The notes beneath the pieces are model-generated. The model did not search any database, was not told the origin of the DNA, and saw only the letters and a program-made list of their open reading frames with translations. From Candidatus Micrarchaeaceae archaeon (GTDB taxonomy: Archaea > Micrarchaeota > Micrarchaeia > Micrarchaeales > CABMGC01): a DNA stretch of 64,000 bases. The position numbers were made by a program, and so were the translations under genes. Numbering within the stretch: the stretch's first letter is position 1; each line of letters begins with the position of its first letter. The stretch spans positions 1 through 64,000 of the forward strand of contig JAVYWZ010000001.1 of assembly GCA_038877255.1 (NCBI GenBank), read 5' to 3'. Shown here one piece after another: positions 58,146-64,000 of this stretch.

Positions 58146-59207
58146 TTATGTAGCAACAATTTTAAGTTTGTTGCCATTCTTGTGAGCACCCATGCTTCTT
58201 TTGCCTATTATTTCAAAGTCTACTACTATCTCTACTTCACTGGGCGAATACGGCCTTACTGTCCTCGAGAACAAGAACCTCGGCTCTGCGCCGTGCGAAT
58301 TTAAAAACGCCTTTATGGCCTTCTTGCTCTCTTCAAGCGCGCTCTCCTTTTTGCCAAATGTGTAATAGTGCACAATGCATCTATTCTTTGCAGTTTCTAA
58401 TGCCTGTTCTAAGAAGTCGTAGCTGCTCTTGGGCAGAGGCATCACTATCCTGTCAGCCCAGCCGGCAAAGCGCCTTGCCACTTTCTTAACATCGCCGTGC
58501 ACCGCTGTTATTTTTGTTTTGTTTAGCCTTGCGTTTTCAAGCATGCTCGTGTAGGCGTACTTGTTTAGCTCTATTGCTGCTACCTCTGCTCTTTTGTGCT
58601 TTGCAATCTCTATTGCAAAAGGCCCAACACCTGCAAACATTACAAGCACATGCTCCTGTTCTTTAACCTGCTCAGTTATTCTCTTTCGCTCGTACGCTAG
58701 CCTGGATGAGAAGAATGCTTTTCTTATGTCAAACACGAACGTGCAGCCATTTTCCTTGTAAGTTGCTATGTAATTTTTCTTTCCAAGCACATATGCATAA
58801 TGTCTTTTTCTGTACTTGCCTTTTACCGCGCCTTTCTTCATAACTACTGTTTTTATGTTTTGGTTCGCCTTCATAACTGCTTTTGCAAGCTCCTTTGCGT
58901 GCTCGCTTTCGTTTATTATCGCTATATTGCCAAGCACATCATATGCCAGTGCTTCTTTTTCCTCTGTGCTGATTAAATCTTTCAGCCTTTTTCCCATTTT
59001 TCTTTTCTGCATGGCAAATTTTCCAATTACAGGCTTAGCAGCAAATTTATTCAGCATTTTTGCTGCTGCGGAGTCTAGGCGGAAGACAGGAATATATATA
59101 AATCTGCCTTTGCCAAATATTTTGTAATTTAGGTTAAGCAAGTTTCTTTGCCTCAAATATCTTTTTGCCTTTTCAGCGTTTTCCTTTCTGACTTTTATGC
59201 CTAACAT
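58146..59207 (-). CDS. trm5: tRNA m1G37 methyltransferase Trm5/TYW2 family
   Basis: YDVLGNIAII, YKENGC.F..D, FFSSRL..ER, MFAGVGPFAI, ELN, DRIVMPLP. Confidence 0.88.
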   Translation of the reverse strand: MLGIKVRKENAEKAKRYLRQRNLLNLNYKIFGKGRFIYIPVFRLDSAAAKMLNKFAAKPVIGKFAMQKRKMGKRLKDLISTEEKEALAYDVLGNIAIINESEHAKELAKAVMKANQNIKTVVMKKGAVKGKYRKRHYAYVLGKKNYIATYKENGCTFVFDIRKAFFSSRLAYERKRITEQVKEQEHVLVMFAGVGPFAIEIAKHKRAEVAAIELNKYAYTSMLENARLNKTKITAVHGDVKKVARRFAGWADRIVMPLPKSSYDFLEQALETAKNRCIVHYYTFGKKESALEESKKAIKAFLNSHGAEPRFLFSRTVRPYSPSEVEIVVDFEIIGKRSMGAHKNGNKLKIVAT

Positions 59208-59314
59208 GCAACCATATTTAAATAATGAACATGATAAAATAAAATGAATAGCATATGCTGAATAGAGCATTGAAATATATTATGTGTTGTGAAGTGTTGT
59301 GAATATGCTGTGAA

Positions 59315-59779
59315 TTGAGCGGTTTTATGTACTTTGTTGTAAGGGTAACTTCAAGCCAGGAGCGCATCTCGGCAGATATACTGCAGAACAAGGTAGAGAA
59401 GACAAACCTGCCTGTGTATGCTATTGTAGTTTCAGAAGGGATGCGCGGCTATCTCATTGTTGAAGCACAGGACCTTAATACCATAAAGGACCTAGTCCAA
59501 GACGAACCACATATGAAAGGCGTGCTTTCAACCCCGCTGAGCAAAGAAGAGCTGGACAAGATGATAGCTATAAAGAACGTAATACAGGAAATAGCAAGCG
59601 GCGACATAGTAGAATTCGTGTCTGGGCCATTCAAGGGCTACAAGGCAAAGGTAATTAAATCAGAAAAAGGCAAAGAGGAGATAACAGTAGAGCTTATGGA
59701 TGTTGCAGTGCCAATACCTGTAACAACTAAAGCCGGCGCTGCAAAGATAATAGAAAAAGCCGAGAAAGCAGGCAGTTGA
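59315..59779 (+). CDS. spt5: Transcription elongation factor Spt5/NusG
   Basis: VRVTSSQE, RGYLIVEA, KOW motif GDIVEFVSGPFKG, VPIPVT. Confidence 0.95.
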   Translation: MSGFMYFVVRVTSSQERISADILQNKVEKTNLPVYAIVVSEGMRGYLIVEAQDLNTIKDLVQDEPHMKGVLSTPLSKEELDKMIAIKNVIQEIASGDIVEFVSGPFKGYKAKVIKSEKGKEEITVELMDVAVPIPVTTKAGAAKIIEKAEKAGS

Positions 59780-59780
59780 C

Positions 59781-60248
59781 ATGGCAGAAACAATAATAAA
59801 CGGTTTGATAGAAGGAGGCAAAGCCACTACAGGGCCGCCATTCGGACCAGCGCTCGGTCCCCTTGGGGTAAACATAGGCAAGATAGTCGCTGAGATAAAT
59901 GAAAAGACAAAGGAATTTGCAGGCATAAAGGTTCCTGTAAAAGTGTTTGTAAACTCCGACAATAAAGAATACCGCATAGAAGTGGGCATGCCTCCTACAA
60001 GTGCGCTCATACTTAAAGAAATTGGCGCACAGAAAGGCGCAAAGTCGAAGGACGAAGCAATAGGCAATCTCACTATTGAGCAGCTAAAGAGAGTCCTTGC
60101 AATCAAGTCTGACATGCTTTATGGAAAGTCAGACAAAGAAAAGCTCAAGCAGATAATAGGCACGTGCAAGAGCATGAACGTTACTGTTGAAGGCAGTGAC
60201 GCAAAGATAGCGCTCAAGAAAATAAGCTCTGGCGAGCTTAAATTGTGA
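59781..60248 (+). CDS. rpl11: 50S ribosomal protein uL11
   Basis: GGKATTGPPFGPALGPLGVN, PPTSALI, GTCKSM. Confidence 0.96.
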   Translation: MAETIINGLIEGGKATTGPPFGPALGPLGVNIGKIVAEINEKTKEFAGIKVPVKVFVNSDNKEYRIEVGMPPTSALILKEIGAQKGAKSKDEAIGNLTIEQLKRVLAIKSDMLYGKSDKEKLKQIIGTCKSMNVTVEGSDAKIALKKISSGELKL

Positions 60249-60283
60249 TAGATACTGCGCAGATATTGCGCTTTTGAACACAG

Positions 60284-60946
60284 GTGCTTTTCATAGAGCT
60301 CACAGGCAATAACCTGCTAATGGTTTATTCTTTGCTCCGTGCTCATTTTGGTTTTCTGAACTGGTGGCCCGCAAGCACAGAGGACGAGATGCTGATAGGT
60401 GCAATCCTTGCGCAAAATACCAGCTGGAGGAATGTAGAGAAGGCAATAGCCGAGCTGAAGCGTAGGCGCCTGTTGCGCCTAAATGCAATATCAAAGGCAA
60501 ACACGCGATCATTGGCAAATGCAATACGCTCTAGTGGCTTTTACAAACAAAAAGCAAAAAGGCTTAATTTATTTGCAAAATTCGTAATGCGCCAAGGCTC
60601 GTTCAAGGGGTTCTTAGCGCGCAATAGCGACGCAAGGCAGACGCTGCTTAGCATAAGCGGAATAGGAAGAGAAACAGCAGATTCTATGCTGCTTTATGCA
60701 GGCAACATGCCGTTTTTCGTTATAGATGCGTATACAAAACGCATAATGAACAGGGTATTTGGCACTGAAATTCTAGACTATGATTCGCTCCAAGAGCAGA
60801 TTTCTAGCCTCATTCCAAAAGATGTTGAGCTTTACAAGGATTTTCACGCGCAGTTCGTAGAGCTTGCAAAGAATTTCTGCAGGAAAAAGCCCATGTGTGA
60901 TAAATGCCCTTTGCGCAACGTCTGCAAGTTCAACACACATTTATAA
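60284..60946 (+). CDS. Endonuclease III-related HhH-GPD glycosylase (COG2231 type) with 4Fe-4S motif
   Basis: WWP, GAILAQNTSW.NV, SGFYKQKA, ISGIGRETADS, VIDAYT.R, CRKKPMCDKCPL..C. Confidence 0.88.
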   Translation: MLFIELTGNNLLMVYSLLRAHFGFLNWWPASTEDEMLIGAILAQNTSWRNVEKAIAELKRRRLLRLNAISKANTRSLANAIRSSGFYKQKAKRLNLFAKFVMRQGSFKGFLARNSDARQTLLSISGIGRETADSMLLYAGNMPFFVIDAYTKRIMNRVFGTEILDYDSLQEQISSLIPKDVELYKDFHAQFVELAKNFCRKKPMCDKCPLRNVCKFNTHL

Positions 60947-60974
60947 GTCTTCTTTCTGTATCTGTTTCGTTTGC

Positions 60975-61604
60975 ATGCAGTTCCTAAAAGGATTTTTTCA
61001 GGGTGGCGAGGAAAGCATATTGCGCAGGTACAATACAATAATAGACTTGGCGCTTAAAGCAAACAAGGAAGTCGCGCTTGTGCAACGCACAAAAGACATT
61101 TCAAAAGTGCGCGCAATAGAAAAGAATTCTGACGAAGTAGTTTTTACAATATCCAGCATGATAACTACAGGCGGCATAGCGCCTAACCTTATCGATAATT
61201 TGCTCCAATTGGCAGATCTGGAAGACAGCATAGTCGATTCAATATACAACCTTGCAAGAGAGCTTATAAGGTATTCTATAAAGGAAACAAGGGCGCGCAG
61301 TGTGCTTGAGGAATCATTTTCAAAAATGAATGGCTTTGCAGCCCAAGCACTCACACTTCTTCATAAGATGCAGGAGAGCGACAGCATTGGCGATATAAAA
61401 GAAATACGCCATTCAATAGAGCACATAGAAGAGGCAGGCGATGAGATAAAAGATTCGCTTTTCGATTTCGCATACGGCTCCAAAATAAACTTCAAGACCT
61501 TTTATCACATTTTTGAGGTTGCACACCTGCTTGACGATGTGCTCGACAACTGCGAGGACTCGTCAGACATGTATCTTACGATTATCACTTCTGTTTTGAC
61601 GTAA
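60975..61604 (+). CDS. DUF47/PhoU-like phosphate transport regulator
   Basis: Two helical repeats IEKNSDE and IEEAGDEIK, plus DSIVD and DDVLDNCED. Upstream of a PiT transporter. Confidence 0.85.
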   Translation: MQFLKGFFQGGEESILRRYNTIIDLALKANKEVALVQRTKDISKVRAIEKNSDEVVFTISSMITTGGIAPNLIDNLLQLADLEDSIVDSIYNLARELIRYSIKETRARSVLEESFSKMNGFAAQALTLLHKMQESDSIGDIKEIRHSIEHIEEAGDEIKDSLFDFAYGSKINFKTFYHIFEVAHLLDDVLDNCEDSSDMYLTIITSVLT

Positions 61605-61877
61605 ACTGCCTATCCATGAATGGTGTGGGCTTTCCATAAGTTGATGAAACATGTTGCACAGCAACACTCTTTTCAACAACCACATCTGGAAGCAAATGGT
61701 CGTTTACAAGACCACTCCTATTGGAAATCTGGAAGGTTTTATGGTTAGTAATATCCTTCCGCTCCAAGAGGGATTTCACTTTATCAACTACACATATATA
61801 TTTACAAAGATTTATAGTACTCTCGCTCGACAATTCATCACACCGCTAAAGCGTGTGGGCTTCCTTGTCGAGAATAC
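61601..61877 (-). mobile_element. 277-bp non-autonomous IS200/IS605-type element
   Basis: On the minus strand: TCAC target, left end CAAGGAAGCCCACACGCTTTAGCGGTGTGATGAATTG (hairpin), right end GGAAAGCCCACACCATTCATGGATAGGCAGTTTAC. No target duplication. Confidence 0.72.
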
Positions 61878-61885
61878 GTGATCGC

Positions 61886-62800
61886 TTGTTGCTGTTTTTG
61901 CTCTTGGCACTTGCCTTTGCGCTTATCGCCCTTGTATCGGGAAATAACCTTTCCGCTTGTACTGGTGCGGTAATTGCCAGTGGAATAACAAGCAAGCGCA
62001 CAGGAATAAGCATAGCAATACTAGGTTTTATAGCAGGGCTTGTCCTTCAAGGGTCGCTGCTCAAGAAGGGCATAGAGGCGATTATGCCAGTATATTCAAG
62101 CATGCTTCTCGTGGAGATTTTCGCAATAGCAATAATAATATTCTTGATTGCTGATAGGTTCAGGGTGCCTCTGTCGCTTACCATAATTTTTACAAGCATG
62201 CTCGCAGGCATAGGCTTCGGGCTTAATATGCACGTCAATCTTGAATTCCTGTTTCTAATAGGTGCGTTCTGGGTTGCTGTGCCGCTTGCTTCGGTTCTAC
62301 TTATGCCACTTCTGCTTCATTGGCTCACGCGCAGGCTCAACAAAGGCCGCGTGTGGAGCAAGGTTCATGCCATAAAGGTTTCCCTTATTGTTGTTTCATT
62401 TCTTACCTCATTCACGCTTGGCGCCAACACAATAGGCCTTCTCTACTCTTCTCTGCCAGTTGCTGCTACATATAAACTTGCAGTTTCTGTTCTTGCGATA
62501 ATCATTGGCAGCATTTTCATAAGCCATGGCGAAATAAAGAGGCTTGGCGAAGAGATAGTGCCGCTTAGATATGTCAACGCTGTAATTTCTCAACTTGTCT
62601 CTGCTGTTGAGGTGGAGATTGCAACGCTGTTTGGCGTGCCTTTATCAAACACGCAGACGTTCACTGCAAGCCTTTATGGGGCAGGCTATGGCTACAAGGC
62701 AAGGCTCATGCGCAAAAAGCCAGCATATGTAATATTGTCTATCTGGTTTGCAAGCGCCGCATTGAGCTTTATGCTCGCATTCGCACTAACAAAGATATAA
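61886..62800 (+). CDS. Inorganic phosphate transporter (PiT/PHO4 family)
   Basis: SGNNLSA, VPLSLT, GANTIG, GVPLSNTQ. TTG start placed after GTGATCGC, the same context as the pdhA start. Confidence 0.88.
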   Translation: MLLFLLLALAFALIALVSGNNLSACTGAVIASGITSKRTGISIAILGFIAGLVLQGSLLKKGIEAIMPVYSSMLLVEIFAIAIIIFLIADRFRVPLSLTIIFTSMLAGIGFGLNMHVNLEFLFLIGAFWVAVPLASVLLMPLLLHWLTRRLNKGRVWSKVHAIKVSLIVVSFLTSFTLGANTIGLLYSSLPVAATYKLAVSVLAIIIGSIFISHGEIKRLGEEIVPLRYVNAVISQLVSAVEVEIATLFGVPLSNTQTFTASLYGAGYGYKARLMRKKPAYVILSIWFASAALSFMLAFALTKI

Positions 62801-62805
62801 TTTAT

Positions 62806-62857
62806 AAAAGTGAGCGGAAAACCCCCTATCCTTCAGATATGGGATGAGAGCGAATCC
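62806..62857 (+). mobile_element. IS200/IS605-type left-end remnant
   Basis: TTAT followed by AAAAGTGAGCGGAAAACCCCCTATCCTTCAGATATGGGATGAGAGCG, an imperfect CCC...CTTCAG...GGG hairpin typical of these ends. Confidence 0.55.
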
Positions 62858-63064
62858 GCAGCGTGTCGTGATGCGCAACTGACATTCTTATATATCAGTA
62901 ATGCTGCTTTTGTAAGTGTTTAATGGATTGTTTTTTGTTTTATGTTTTGTGTTTCACATTGACTCTGCAGGGGTAATGCCGAGCAAAAGCATGCCATTGG
63001 CGATTGTTTGCATTGTGATGTATACTATCGCAAGCCTTGCATTTCTTGCTTCTCCGCCGCCGAG
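62858..63064 (-). repeat. Right arm of ~200-bp inverted repeat (partner 54773-54972)
   Basis: Contains the last 14 nt of the surface gene (gcagcgtgtcgtga), the spacer and the argS 3' end. Confidence 0.92.
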
Positions 63065-64000
63065 CACAGGCTCTTTTTCGTAGAACCCACTGAATAATGC
63101 AGAAAGCCTAAGCAAATACTCTGCCACTGTATTGGGTCTATATGAAATCGCCGCGCTAGTAAAAACATCTTGCGCATTCCCTATAATTTTTATAAGCTCG
63201 AATCCTGGTCCGCGACCTATTTCCTTGTAATCCTTTTCAGTAAGCTGTGCCTTTTTGTACTCTCCTTTTTCAAGTATTCTGCGTGCTCTCGCATACATGT
63301 ACATTACGTACGGGCCGCTGTTTGCTTGAAGGTTTAGCGCATTTTCCCAAGAAAAGACAATGCCTTTCTCAGGAGATACTCTTAAGTATTCAAACTTTAT
63401 GGCTGAAAGCGCTATGCGCTTAGCAGTTTCTTCTGCAGCTTCCTTTGCAACCTTTTTGCTTTCTTTTGTTTTTTCCAAAACCTTTTTTATAGCTTCTTTA
63501 AGCAGATCATCTGCGGTGTAATTGCGTTCTTCACCAAGCCAGCCGCCTTTGCGCCCGCTCAACGTGCCTTTTTCAAGTTCAACTTTGCCATAAGCTACAT
63601 GCACAAGCTCTCTGCTTAAACCTTGCGCTGTTAGTTCAAGCAGTGCCTTTACCACATCTTGCTCTGCGCTTTGGCCCATGTCTATTATGTTGACTACTTT
63701 TTTTGCGTTGCCGAAAGCCATGTCTTTTCCAGATTCACTGCTCGTATACAGCGGTTTTCTGTTAGGCTGTTCCTCTATGAAACGCGAGAACCTGAAATTG
63801 CCCATGAGCAAGCCGAATTTCCACAAGTGGAAAGCAAAATCCTTCATTGCATATGTGGCTACGCCATTGCTCCTTATGAGAACCTTGTACTTTTCCTTAG
63901 GATTTTCAAACTCCTTTGCCTGCGCCTTTGCCTTTTCCAAGTCGAGCACAAGGCAATCTTTGTAATCGCCTTCGCTGACCTTTTCCAATATTCCTTTTCT
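62954..64000 (-). CDS. argS: Arginine--tRNA ligase, C-terminal part (5'-truncated by window edge)
   Basis: VLIRSNG..TYAMKD.A.H..K, LSGRKG, AIKFEYL, NSGPYVMYMYARA, DALR-type C-terminus ending GITPAESM. Confidence 0.96.
   Translation of the reverse strand, partial: RKGILEKVSEGDYKDCLVLDLEKAKAQAKEFENPKEKYKVLIRSNGVATYAMKDFAFHLWKFGLLMGNFRFSRFIEEQPNRKPLYTSSESGKDMAFGNAKKVVNIIDMGQSAEQDVVKALLELTAQGLSRELVHVAYGKVELEKGTLSGRKGGWLGEERNYTADDLLKEAIKKVLEKTKESKKVAKEAAEETAKRIALSAIKFEYLRVSPEKGIVFSWENALNLQANSGPYVMYMYARARRILEKGEYKKAQLTEKDYKEIGRGPGFELIKIIGNAQDVFTSAAISYRPNTVAEYLLRLSALFSGFYEKEPVLGGGEARNARLAIVYITMQTIANGMLLLGITPAESM

Noticed and set aside
61585..61881. 76-82 aa ORFs between DUF47 and PiT, and the 61853 start for PiT
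   Set aside because: They lie within the non-autonomous element and show no recognisable TnpA or TnpB motifs.

Overview
Chromosomal window from a DPANN archaeon, most likely Micrarchaeota (ARMAN-like). The taxon is inferred from the archaeal informational genes, split RpoA/RpoB, a lone 23S rRNA, tRNA-Ile(UAU), a T-loop tRNA intron and RAYPPNGVMP-type surface modules. Housekeeping content: ppdK (partial), rnhA, a CBS+HPF-like protein, carS, alaS, 23S rRNA, a polyprenol/glycosylation cluster, a complete 2-oxoacid dehydrogenase operon with a lipoate ligase, rps13-rps4-rps11, srp54, Lsm, the RNA polymerase operon, polB, map, trm5, spt5-rpl11, a phosphate transporter pair, argS (partial) and three tRNAs. 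Four things stand out. (1) A candidate type-IV-secretion-like DNA-transfer system: a pilin-like gene, two membrane proteins resembling the VirB4 N-terminal region and a VirB4/HerA-type ATPase (3.5-12.4 kb), plus six tandem CedA/TedA/VirB6-like paralogs running directly into an Exo5/Cas4-type nuclease (15.6-23.9 kb). (2) A large surface protein whose two divergent modules are framed by conserved DNA boxes, one pair identical over 45 bp, suggesting cassette exchange. (3) A ~200-bp inverted duplication (argS 3' end, spacer, surface-gene 3' end) bounding an ~8-kb segment. (4) Several IS200/IS605-type end remnants, including one 277-bp non-autonomous element whose excision would cleanly restore the flanking operon. 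All family assignments come from reading motifs by eye; no searches were run.
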